Below, piece by piece: positions 45,601 through 57,035 of a DNA stretch of 64,000 bases. This DNA is from Felis catus (Eukaryota), in NCBI RefSeq assembly GCF_018350175.1, contig NC_058368.1, positions 116,436,001 to 116,500,000 of the forward strand, written 5' to 3'. Position numbers and translations under genes: made by a program. How positions within the stretch are numbered: the first letter of the stretch is position 1; each line of letters starts with the position of its first letter. The notes under the pieces are model-generated. The model was not told the origin of the DNA and did no database searches. It was given only the letters and a program-made list of their open reading frames with translations.

Positions 45601-47941
45601 ACGGTTTGTGAGTTTGAGCCCCGTGTCAGGGTTTGTGCTGACAGCTCAGAGCCTGGAGCCTGCTTCAGATTCTGTGTCTCCCTCTCCTCCTCCTGCTCTG
45701 TCTCTCAAAAATAAATAAATGTTAAAAAAATTTTTTTCTTTAAGAGTCACATGCCCTGCCAACTGAGCCAGCCAGGTGCCCCTAATCACCCAATTTAAAA
45801 TGGCAAAGCAAAGTGACATCCACAAAAATGGCAGAGTATGGAACTCTGGGGATCTGTCCTTTTTCAGCAACATGTGGAAAAAATGGTCAGGATCAACCTT
45901 ACAGCAACTCTGGGGGACAGTGAAAGGTTTACTACAACCAAGTGAATGCTTACCCAGGAGAAAGCAACTTAAATATGTTGAGATCTTTGTGGTGTGTTAA
46001 CTTAACCTAGCCCCAACCTCCTCCCCAGCACAGAGGTTGTCTTGAAGACAACAGCCCATGTTTCTGGTGGTGGGGTGCTTGGCTCTGGAGGGAGCAGAGT
46101 AGATTTTGTTCCCAAGGAACTGTGTTTGTTGTTTTGACTGTCTAGGGTTTCCCCAGAGGAATGACAAAAAGGGCTTCCTTTTGTTTCCCTTACCTTGGAA
46201 CTCTCTCAGGGCAGAGCAGCTATCCTAGATGATAGTCCCTCAAAACACTGAAAAGATGAAAGAACAAGCAAAAATAACAGTTGGGGCAAACAACAGATGC
46301 ATGGAAAGACTGGGAAGAAAAGTTGGGGAGTCAGATTGGGGGGGGGGGGGAGATAAGGAAAATTCCCCCATGCACCAAGGAATCTAGAAAGCCACACACA
46401 TGCCCAGAGCAGGATCCAGGCTGAGAAAAGACCTGAGAAGATGGCAAGTTTTCATCTCTGTTTTTTTAAGCTTATTGTAAGCAGGAAGTAAGACTAAGGC
46501 AGAGATGTAAGTGGAATGGTGAAGCATAGAAGGACTGACCCAACACAGAGCCAATCTATGGAAAGCTGGAGATTTTAAAAATTTTTTTTTCTTTCTCTTT
46601 TTATTCCTTTAATAAAAAATGTTTTTGTCCCAGTAGAGTAAGGAATTCTATGTCAGGTCACTAGCTAACCACTGAGATGACAGAATGGAGACTTCAGTGG
46701 CAACAAAGAATCCAGCCTTTGCAAAAATTGTTTGGAAAGTAACTAAGCAAACAGATAGTTGCAGCCCACAGCAAGCAACAATGCAAACCCTAGAGGGGAT
46801 GGGGAATCTCTTTTTCAGAGTTCCCCCATTATCATATCCAAAATGTCAGAGCCTAAGGAAAAGAAATGGAGACGTAAGAGACCAACATAATGAAGAATAT
46901 AATCTTTACAAAAATAAAAATTCTCAAATTGGGCAGTTTCCAACCAAAAAAATATCTGGCATGCAAATAAAGATGCATGGCCCACCCACAGGGGAAAAAA
47001 AAATTAATAGAAACTGTCCTTGAGGAAGCACAGACATTGGATTCACTAAAGACTTTAATCCAACTATCTTAAATATGCTCAGAAAAGTAAAGGAAATCAA
47101 GAAAATGATGTCTCAATGAATAGAAAATACGAATAGAAGCACAGAAATTATAAAAAGGAACCAAAAAGAGGGGTGTCTGGCTGGCTTAGTAAGTGGAGCA
47201 TGCGACTCTTGATCTTGGGGTTGTGAGTTTGTGCCCCACACTNNNNNNNNNNNNNNNNNNNNNNNNNNNNNNNNNNNNNNNNNNNNNNNNNNNNNNNNNN
47301 NNNNNNNNNNNNNNNNNNNNNNNNNNNNNNNNNNNNNNNNNNNNNNNNNNNNNNNNNNNNNNNNNNNNNNNNNNNNNNNNNNNNNNNNNNNNNNNNNNNN
47401 NAAATTCCCTAGAGAGCAGATTTGAGTGGGCACAAGAAAGAATCTCAGCAAAGTTGAAAATAGGTCAAAAAAATTATGCAAAAAGAAAAAAGAATGAAGG
47501 AAAATGAGCCCAAGGGGCCAGTGAATGCATGAAGTGTATAAATACATGCAGAATGGGACTGTCAGAGGGAGAAGAGAGGGAAAAAGGGGCAGAAGGAATA
47601 TTTGAAGAAATAGTGCTCAAAAATTCCCCAAATTTATGAAAGACATGAATCTATACATCCAAGAAGCTCAACAAATTTCAAGAAGGATAAACTCAAAGAG
47701 ATTCATGCCAAGACACATTATAATCAAACCACCAAAAGCCAAAGAGAGAATCTTGAAAACAGAATAAGAGAAGCAACTTGTGATGGTACGAGTGATCCTC
47801 CATAAGAATGAAAACCAGTTTCTCATCAGGAATTGTGGAAGCCATTAGTGCCTGGCTGACTCAGTCAGTACAGCATGTAACTCTTGATCTCCAGGTTGTG
47901 AGTTCCAGCCCCATGTTGTATGTAGAGATTACTTAAAAATA

Positions 47942-47978
<37 letters not shown>

Positions 47979-50900
47979 AGAAAGAAATTATGGAGACCAG
48001 AATGCAGTGAGATGACATATTTAAAGTGCTGAAAGGGGTGTCTGGGTGGCTCAGTCGGCTGAGCCACTCTTGCTTTCAGCTCAGGTCATGATTGCAGGGT
48101 CGTGGGATGGAGCCCCACATCAGTGTGGAGGCTGCTTGGGATTCTCCTTCCCTCTCTCCCCCACTCCATCTCTCTCTCTGTAACTCTGCCCCTCTCCCCT
48201 GCCTGCTCTCTTTCTCTCTCTAAAAATAATGCTGGGAAAATAAAGTGTGTCAACTAAGAATTCCATATCTGGCAAAACTATCCTTCAAGAACGTGTGAGA
48301 AATTAAGGTATTCCCAGATTAGTAAAAGCTGAGGGAGTTCATTGCTGGTAGACCTGCCTTATAAGAAATGCTAAAGGATGGGGCACCTGGGTGGCTCAGC
48401 TGGTTGAGCGTCCGACTTCAGCCAAGGTCATGATCTCATGGTCTGTGAGTTTGAGCCCCACGTCGGGCTCCGTGCTGACAGCACAGGCCTGGAGCCTGCT
48501 TCAGATTCTGTGTCTCCCTATCTCTCTCTGCCCCTCCCCAGCTCATGCTCTGTCTCTCTCTCTCTGTCAAAAATAAACATTAAAAAAAATTAAAAAAAAA
48601 AAAAAAAAGAAATGTTCAAGGAGGGAGTCCTTCACCATGTCAGAGGTGAGGAAATGAGACTCTGAGGCTGCCCTGGGTCTCTGCATCCATACTTCAGCCA
48701 CACCCCCACCCTGTTCCCTAAAGCAGTCAGAAGATTCCATCAGACTTACAGGTCTCTGGGGAGCTGCAGGATCCTCAAGGCCCCTCGCCACATACCCCGG
48801 GTCCCAGGCCCCTCAGGAGGGTCAGGCCCTGGGCAGGACATGGTGACAGTGAGCAGAGAGCAGGCCCTGTGGAGGACAGGGTAGGATGAGATCAAATGCC
48901 TAAGGGATAGGGGTTGGGGGTGACAGGTGCCCTCCTGTCCTCACCTGCCTTCATCCCCTGCAGCTTGTAAGTACAGCTCTGAGGCAGTTCTTGAGTCGGA
49001 CACCTCCACCTCACTGGCATTTTCTACCACCCTGGAGGATGGGGAGACAAGCTCAACTCCTAAGCACCTCCTAAGAGGTTCTGGGGTTCTGTCCAGCCCC
49101 CCAGAACCTCTGCATGGGGAGTCCTTTGGGGTCCCAAGAGCCTGTAAGAACCATCCCCAAGGTTCCAAGCTCAGTATATCCCTTGAAAGCCTATCATCTT
49201 CATCATCTTTCTTCTCCTGTCATCTACCCAGTTCTGCTCAACGAGATGCTCACATCACCCAGATGGTAATGACTGAGTGGAAGAGGTGTAGATGGATAGG
49301 GTAAGAAGAGTGAGAGGGCTGGGGATACGAGCTGCAGGGAAGATGATGAGTGGGTGTGATGAGCACAACCCCAAGTGCAGAGCTTCCCTTCTGCATGGCA
49401 GTGGGGAGAAACCTCCCACGGCTAGGTTTGGGGGTTTCAGCCCTGCCTTAAGACAAGCACCCTCAGATCCCGTTGGCCCCTGGAGACTCACAAGCCCAAA
49501 GGGGACACGTCTAACACCGATAGGTTCTCTCTCCCTGGAGAGAGCAGGTCCTGAGTCTTTCCACTGGGGCTGAGCTGCAATCACACAAGCACAACACCAG
49601 TTACAAACAGCCTTTCCCAGACCTCGTCTCACCAGATCCTCCCGCTGGGGCTCCTTGAGTCAACGAGGGCACCAACATTCAGCCATTTCAGGCAGGAAAT
49701 AGGAGACCTCAGAGAGGCAAGCCCACACTGGTCAGTGGCAGATGAGGCTAGACTCAGTCTCTTCTGGCTGCCTGCGAGCCTCAGGCCCTTTCCACAGCAC
49801 CACCATTGGTTCCCAGGGCTCCCCTCCATGCAGGGTCTCACCTGCACCAGGCTAAGGGTGCTAACCCCAGGAACAGCGCCCCTGTGGGGCAGAGTTTCCT
49901 CAAACAGCATCTGCAACAGCTAAAGTGGAGAAAGGGGTTCAGTACGGATGGAGAAAGGATAAATCTGTCCTTCAACAGTTTCGTGACGGTGAAGTCTATG
50001 CCCGGTTCTATGCTACGTGCTGCGGACACAGGGACACAGTGTCCAAGACAGAAACAGCCCCAGCCCTCACGGTTCACAGCGAGCCAGTCAAATGAGTAGA
50101 CATTTTCAATGAGACCTGCTGTTTCCTAAAACAGGGGCCTGCCTATGATGAAGTTCTGAGGCAGCTATTTTGACTTGGGGGCATTTTGAAGAAGCCCTGA
50201 AAACAAAACTTTCAAGTTTATTATCGGTATTATGAAAAACTGTGAATATTAGACCTTGCTGGATATTTCATGTTTGCACACCACCCCATCTTGACCCTCA
50301 CCCTATGGGCCCAGTCCGCTAGGGAGGGGAAGGGAAGTTTCTCAAAGGTCTCCTGGAGGAAACAACACCTGAGCCTCATGAGACCTATGCTTGGTAGCTC
50401 CCCCAGGACTCACCTGAGGTACAAGCCGAGGTGTCTCTGTTTCCCGACCCCGAAGCAGTAGGGACACACTGTACCCTCGGGCCACCAAGCCTAATGTGGA
50501 CTGGACTCGTGCTAGCAGCTCCTGCTCAGCCTCCTGCAGGGGACACAGACATATCCCCCGGTCACAGGTGCCCTGACCCAGCCTGCCTGAGCAATGGGCT
50601 TGGGAAACCCTTAGCACTCCAGGATCCAGACGCCTGAGGATTCCCATCCTCCTCCCGTTTCCCTACAACACCCCCTACCTGAGCAGCATCAGAGCCCAGG
50701 ACTCTGTCAAAGGTGATGCATTGTTCCTGCAGGGGAAGACTGGGCTCAGCATTGTCACTCCCATCTTCCAGGGCCTCACCCGCACCCCGTCCCATTTCTA
50801 CCTGAGTGTCTAGAGTCTCCGGCTGAAGCAGGCAGATGCTCTGGGGCCCCTCCAGAAGCAGTGTGGGGCAACATGTGTCCTCAGGGCCTGAGAAGGATGG

Positions 50901-51251
50901 ACTGTATATTAACTCCCGTGCCTAAGTCCTGCCCTCAACTTTGGCCTCAGTTTCCTAACCTAGAGTACTGAGCACAGGATCAGACCCCCTGAGAGGCGGA
51001 GCGTCCTCAAAAAGCATCTGCAGCAGCTAAGGCTGTAAAATGGCCTTGGCTTCCCCTCTCCCAGGAGGCTCCCCCAGGCTGCGTTACTTCCAAGAGTGAA
51101 TGTGTAAGGCCTTCTTCTCACCTGATTCTCTTCCACTCTCAACTTCTACCACCACAGTCAGCCTGGCCTGGGGGTTGTCCATGAGGGCTGGGGGCACTGA
51201 GCTGCCCTGGCCCAAACCAGCCTCTGCGCTTGCTACCTCTCCACACTCCAT
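39613..51251 (-). CDS. Uncharacterised 16-exon gene: degenerate kinesin-motor-like domain plus coiled-coil tail, 595 aa (probable orthologue of mouse E230025N22Rik)
   Basis: Exons (minus): 51251-51122, 50887-50802, 50726-50679, 50533-50414, 49919-49842, 49574-49492, 49031-48945, 48866-48750, 44946-44813, 43745-43537, 43464-43381, 41611-41557, 41486-41416, 40991-40824, 40004-39849, 39774-39613. Total 1788 nt, all GT-AG, phases concordant, no internal stop. GCCATGG Kozak start with an in-frame TGA 12 codons upstream. Kinesin-like segments occur in the correct order: ITFDRVLGSDAAQ, GYSVSLLLRG, QDLLSPGRENLSV, LVVENASEVEV, RACSLLTVTM, GALRILQL, LLEGNNYTGLLLRLDP. Confidence 0.85.
41800..42440 (+). 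mobile_element. Three tandem CAN-SINEs inserted at one target site within a MIR
   Basis: Heads at about 41800, 42021 and 42243, separated and flanked by aaagtt(g/a)tagag. Confidence 0.92.
45200..45785. mobile_element. Cluster of nested CAN-SINEs
   Basis: Minus-strand SINE 45200-45396; plus-strand SINE 45543-45740 inserted into a second minus-strand SINE (about 45450-45782). Confidence 0.8.
45790..48625 (+). mobile_element. Degraded L1 5' UTR/ORF1 region interrupted by several CAN-SINEs (about 47170, 47847, 48035, 48380-48606)
   Basis: ORF1-like catccaagaagctcaacaaatttcaagaaggataaactcaaagagattcatgccaagacacattataatcaaac and aagaattccatatctggcaaaactatccttcaaga. Confidence 0.8.
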
Positions 51252-51739
51252 GGCTTCTATGCCTCTCAGATTCCCCTCAATAATTCATCTCCCTGATCTG
51301 CAGGCTCTGGGTAGGGCCTCTAAATAACAACTTATCAAAGGAGGTGATAGTCCCCTCTTTTCTGAGTGAATCAGAATGTTGCATGGGATTCTTCTTCTTT
51401 TTTTTTCCCCTCTTTTGAAAAGGGTCAAACACATATACCTGCAGAGAGAAAGTATGATGAGCCTCCAAGCACCCAGCTTCGGCAATTACCAACTTATGAC
51501 CAGTCTTATTTCTTCCTTTCCCCTTCCCATCCCCTGTGGATTCTTTTGAAGCAAATCCTAGACACCGTCCATTTCATCTATAGCTTTTCCAGCATATATT
51601 TATAAGATAACTACCTTTTTTTAAATGACAGCTTTGTTAAGATATAGTTCATATACCATACAATTCACCCATTTAAAGTGTTTATTTCAAACATACCTTA
51701 GTATGTTTGCAGATAATGTGTAACTATCACCACACCCCA

Positions 51740-52070
51740 TTTTAATGTTTATTTATTTCTGAGAGAGGGAGACAGAGTGGGAGCAGGGGAGGGACAGAGA
51801 GAGAGGGAGACACAAAATCTGAAGGAGGTTCCAGGCTCTGAGCTGTCAGCACAGAGCCCGACATGGGGCTCAAACTCACCAACTGTGAAATCATGACCTG
51901 AGCCAAAATCGGATTCGTGGGTTTGAGTTCCGCAGTGGGCTGCCCACAGTGAGGAGCCTGCTTGGGATCCTCTCTCTCCCTCTCTCTTTGTCCCCCCACC
52001 CCCACTCGCACATGCACTCATGCTTTCTCTCTCTCTCTCAAAATAAACATTAAAAAAATAAAATCTTAAA
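51740..52070. mobile_element. Two CAN-SINE bodies joined head-to-head
   Basis: Minus-strand body 51740-51910 joined directly to a plus-strand body at about 51915-52065, both lacking 5' heads. Confidence 0.75.
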
Positions 52071-52224
52071 AAATGTTCAAATAAAAAAATGGAATCACAC
52101 AGTGTGTGTTCTTTTAGTGACTGACTTCTTTCACTTAGCGTAATGTTTTCAAGGTTCATCCATGTTGTAGCATGCATCGGTACTAACCTTCCTATGACTG
52201 AATGATGTTCCACACAGAGATGAA

Positions 52225-53170
52225 ATGACTTCTGTCAGCAAATATGCAGAGTTTGCCCAAACTTCACAACTAAGAGCACAATTTCTATAAGATTGCCTTT
52301 ACTACAGACACTAGTCATAAGCTTGGGGTCCCCAGTCCTTCTTCCCTCTGACCAGTTAGCTACATTTTCAGGTGTTCCCACTCTTCCTGCAGGTTCCATT
52401 CTTTGCTGGAATGACTTATAGAACTAAGGAAGGCATTATCCTTATTGTATCTGCAACAAATTTTCTGACACCAGCTGGGGTCCTATATTTCAATCCAATT
52501 TTGACACTAACTACCTGGAATTAGCAGCAGCTCCCACAAGTTAAAATGCAAGGTCCTCATCAAGAACCGTAAGATCATGCCCTGAGCTGAAATCAAGCAT
52601 TGGACACTTAACTGACTGAGCCACCTAGGTGCCCCAGATTTGGGGTTCTGATGACTGACCACCCTTCAGGCTCACTAGAATGCTCACAGAACTCAAGAAA
52701 GTGCTCTACTTATGATTACCTTTTTATTATAAAAGATACACATGAACAATCAGATGAAGAGGTACATAGGGCAAGGTCTGGAAGAGTTCTGAGCAAAGGA
52801 GCTCCTGTCCCTGTGGAGTCAGGGTGTGCCACCCTCCCAGCACATCAGTGTGTTCACCAACCAGGAAGCTCCCTGAGCCTCACTGTTCAGAGGGTTTGTT
52901 TTGTTTTGTTTTGTTTTGTTTAGGTTTGGGTTTTTAAATTGAGATTTCATTGTGTAGGCATGTTTGATTAAATCATAGGCTATATGACTGAACTCAACTC
53001 CAGCCAATTACATGGTTGAATTTTCTGGTGTGCAGCTTCCTCCATCCTGAAGCTATCTAGGAATCCAGCCAGAAGTCACCTCATTAGCATGACAGAGAGA
53101 TTCTTATCCTTCAAAAAATTCCAAAGGTTTTTGGAGCTCTGCTCCTGCAACTGGAGACAAAGACCCGCTA
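52225..53170. mobile_element. MER21-like LTR fragments
   Basis: ttttctgacaccagctggggtcctatatttcaatccaattttgacactaactacctgga and agatgaagaggtacatagggcaaggtctggaag motifs. Confidence 0.7.
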
Positions 53171-53178
53171 TACTCCTG

Positions 53179-53390
53179 AGGTGCCTGGGTGGCTCAGCTG
53201 GTTAAGGTCCATCTTCAGCTCAGGTCATGATCTCATGGTTTCTGAGTTTGAGCCCCATAGTGGGCTCTGTGCTGACAGTGCAGAGGCTGGAGCCTTTGAG
53301 TTCTGTATCTTCCTCTCTTTCTGCCCCTCCCCTGCTCACGCTCTGTCTCTCTCTCTCAAAAATGAATAAACATTAAAAAAAAAAAAAAGG
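53179..53390 (+). mobile_element. CAN-SINE
   Basis: Head ggtgcctgggtggctcag, CT tract, A tail. Confidence 0.88.
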
Positions 53391-53550
53391 ACTGGAAAAA
53401 AAAAAAAAGACTGGATATATTCTTTATTATATGACCAGCCACTCGATGGTTTTTCACCAAGGATCCCTTCTAGCAAAGGATCACACCTGTTTGATTATTT
53501 ACATTTAGTATAGCATTTACGGAACAGATAGAACAATAAAAACATGAATA

Positions 53551-53769
53551 CAGTAGTCTCCCCATCCTTATTTATGGAGCATATATTCCAAGACCCCCAG
53601 TAGATGCCTGAAACCATAAATAGTTCTGAACCCTATGTATAGTGTTTTTTCCTACACGTAAATATAGTGAAGTTTAATGTATAAATTCGGCACAGTAAGA
53701 GATTAACGACTACTAATAACAAAATAGAACAGTTATAACAATATGCTGTAATAAAAATCATGTGGATGT
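53551..53769 (+). mobile_element. MER44/Tigger-type DNA transposon terminal fragment
   Basis: cagtagtctccccatccttat...ttccaagacccccagtagatgcctgaaacc. Confidence 0.75.
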
Positions 53770-56560
53770 GGCAATGAATTCTTAGAAATGATACCAAAAG
53801 CAAGAACAACAAAAGGAAAAAAATGAATTTAATCAAAATTAAAAACTTTTCTGCATTGGGGCGCCTGGATGGCTCAGTCAGTAAAGCGTCAGACTTCATC
53901 TCAGGTCATGGTCTTGTGGTTCTAGCCCTGCATTGGGCTTGGGCTCTGTGCGGACAGCTCAGAGCCTGGAGCCTGCTTCAGATCCTGTCTCCCTCTCTCT
54001 CTGCCCCTCCCCCACTCGTGCTCTGTCTCTGTCTCTCTGTCAAAAATAAATAAAAACATTAAAAAATAAAAAAAACTTTTCTGCATTAAAAAAACCATTA
54101 TCAAAATGTTGAAAAGACAGCCTACAAAATAAGATAAAATATTTGCAAATTATATATTTGATAATGGTCTAGGATCCAGGATATATATACAGCTCCTATA
54201 ACTCAGCAATAAAAAGGCAAACAATTCAAGTAAAAAATGGGAAAAGATTTAAATAGCCAGTTCTCCAAAGAAAATATACACATGCCCGAAAAGTACAAGA
54301 AAAGATGCTCAGCACGGTGGGTGCACCATATGACATTTGCACCAACAACATTTAAGCATTCTTATTTATCCACATTCTCACCAATTGTTATATTTCTTTT
54401 TTCTTTTTATTAAAGCCATACTAGTGGGTGTGAAGTGGTACCTCATTATGGTTTTGATTTGCATTTCCTTAAAGACCAATGATTTTGAGAATCTTTTCAC
54501 AGGCTTGTTTGGCCATTTGTATACTTCTTTAGAGAAATATCTATTTAAATTCTTTGCCCAGGTTTTTTGTTTTGTTTTGTTTTTTGTTTTTTAATTTTTT
54601 TTTCAACGTGTGTTTATTTTTGGGACAGAGAGAGACAGAGCATGAACGGGGGAGGGGCAGAGAGAGAGGGAGACACAGAATCGGAAACAGGCTCCAGGCT
54701 CTGAGCCATCAGCCCAGAGCCGGACGCGGGGCTCGAACTCACGGACCGTGAGATCGTGACCTGGCTGAAGTCGGACGCTTAACCGACTGCGCCACCCAGG
54801 CACCCCGTTTGCCCAGGTTTTAATTGTTGTTTGGTTTTTTTCAATTCATCATGAATAATGATGTTGAGCATCTTTTCATGTATTTGTCAGGCATGTGCAT
54901 ATTTTCTTTGGAGAACTGGCTATTTCTTTCCCCATTTTTTACTTGAATTGTTTGCCTTTTTGTTGCTGAGTTATAGGAGCTGTATATATATCCTGGATCC
55001 TAGACCATTATCAAACATATAATTTACAAATATTTTATCCTATTTTGTAGGCTGTCTTTTCAACTTTTTGATAATGGTTTTTTGATGCAGAACAGTTTTT
55101 AATTTTGATTAAATTCAGTTAATTTATTTTTTCCTTTGTTGTTCTTGCTTTTGGTATCATATCTAAGAATTCATTGCCAGATCAGAGGTCATGAGGAATA
55201 ATTTCTGTGCTTTCTTCTAAGAGCTTTATAGTTTTAGTTCTTACATTTGGGTAATTGATCCATTTTGAGTTAATTTTTGTATGCAGTATGAGTTAAGGAT
55301 ACAAATTCATTCATCTGTATCTGGACATCCAGGTGTCCCATTGTCATTTGTTTAAAAGACTAGTCTTTCGGGGCACCTGGGTGGCTCAGTTGGTTGAGCA
55401 TCCAACTTTGGCCTAGGTCATAATCTCGCTGGTCCTGAGTTCGAGCCCCACGTGGGGCTCTGTGCTGACAGCTCAGTGCCTGGAGCCTGTTTCAGATGGC
55501 TCAGTAGGTTGAGTGTCCAACTTTGACTTGGTCATGATCTTCTGGTTCGTGGGTTCAAGCCCCATGTTGGGCTCTGTGCTGACAGCTCAGAGACTGGAGC
55601 CTGCCTCGGATTCTGTGTCTCCCTCTCTCTCTGCCTCTCCCCCTCTCCCACTCTGTCTTTATCTCTCAAAAACAAATAAACATTAAAAAATAAAAAAAAA
55701 AAGACTAGTCTTTCTTCATTGAATGTTCTTGACATCCTTGTCAAAATCAGCTATCCATAGAAACATGGGTTTATTTCTGGACTCTCACTTCTCACCCATT
55801 GATCTCTGTTTGTTTTTATGCCAGTACCACAGTGTCTTCCTTACTCTTGCTTCACAATGGGTTTTGAAATCAGGAAGTGTGAGCCCTCCAACTTTGTTCT
55901 TCTCTTACAAGATTGTTTTGTCTACATCATCTTTGGAAATTCCATATGAACTTTGGAATCACCTTGTCAATTTCTACAAAAATTCAGCTTGGATTCTTAT
56001 AAGACTTTCATTGAATCTGTGGGTCAATTAAGGGAGAAGTGACATCTTAACAATATTAAGATTCATGAATAAGGTATCTTCTTTAATTTCTTTCAACAGT
56101 ATTTTGTAGTTTTAGGAGTTATAAGTTTGCTCTTCTTTTGTTATATTTACTCCTAAGTATTGTGTTCTTTTTGATGCTATTGTAAATGAAATTTTTTAAA
56201 ATTTCATTTTCAGGATGTTCTTTGCAAGTGTATAGATATACAACTGATTTTTTTATTTTCTTAATATTTATTTTTGAGAGAGAGAGAGAGAGAGCACGAG
56301 CAGGGGAGGAGCAAAGAGAGAAGGAGACACAGAATAGGAAGCAGTCCCCAGGCTCTGAGCTGTCAGCACAGACCCCAATGCGGGGCTTGAACTCACCAGC
56401 CGTGAAATCATGACCTGAACTGAAGTCAAATGCTTAATGACTGAGCCACCCAGTTGCCCCTACAATAGATTTTTACATATTGATCTTGTATCTTACAACT
56501 TCACTGAATTTGATTAGTTCTATTATACTTTAGTGAATCCACAGGATTTTTTAATATATA
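53770..56560. mobile_element. L1 ORF2/3' fragments including an inverted duplicated segment, with CAN-SINEs at 53858-54070, 54566-54806, 55370-55700 and 56247-56460
   Basis: L1-typical text on both strands; SINE TSDs aaaaacttttctgcatt and tttgcccaggtttt. Confidence 0.85.
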
Positions 56561-56579
56561 TGATCATAAAATATATGGA

Positions 56580-57035
56580 TTTTTTTAAGTTTATTTATTT
56601 ATTTATTTTGAGAGAGAGAGAGAGAGAGAGAGAGAGCACACACAAACGGGAGGAGAGGTAAAGAGAGAGGAGAGAGAGAATCCAAGTGGGCTCCACGCTG
56701 TCAGCACAGGACCTGATGTGGGGCTTGATCTCACCAGCGTGGTATCATGACCTGAGCCGAAATCAAGAGTCAGACAGTCAGCTGACTGAGCTACCCAGGG
56801 GACCCAAGTCAAGCACTCTTTCTTTTTTCTTTTTTTTAATGTTTATTTATTTTTGAGAGAGAGAGAGAGCCCAAGTGTGGGAGGGGCAGAGAGAGAGGGA
56901 GACACAGAAACTGAAGCAGGCTCCAGTCTCTGAGCTGTCAGCACAGAGCCCAACATGGGGCTTGAACTAACAAATCACGAGATCATGACCGAGCCAAAGT
57001 TGGACACTCAACCTACTGAGCCAACCAGGTGTCCC
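56580..57035 (-). mobile_element. Two adjacent CAN-SINEs
   Basis: 56580-56804 and 56818-57035; flanking tcaagcactctttct repeat. Confidence 0.88.

Noticed and set aside
49552-49574. SPSGKT in pseudo-kinesin exon 6 as a Walker A motif
   Set aside because: It lacks the first Gly of GxxxxGKT and sits at the position of the kinesin IYNE-x-I segment before DLL, not at the P-loop position.
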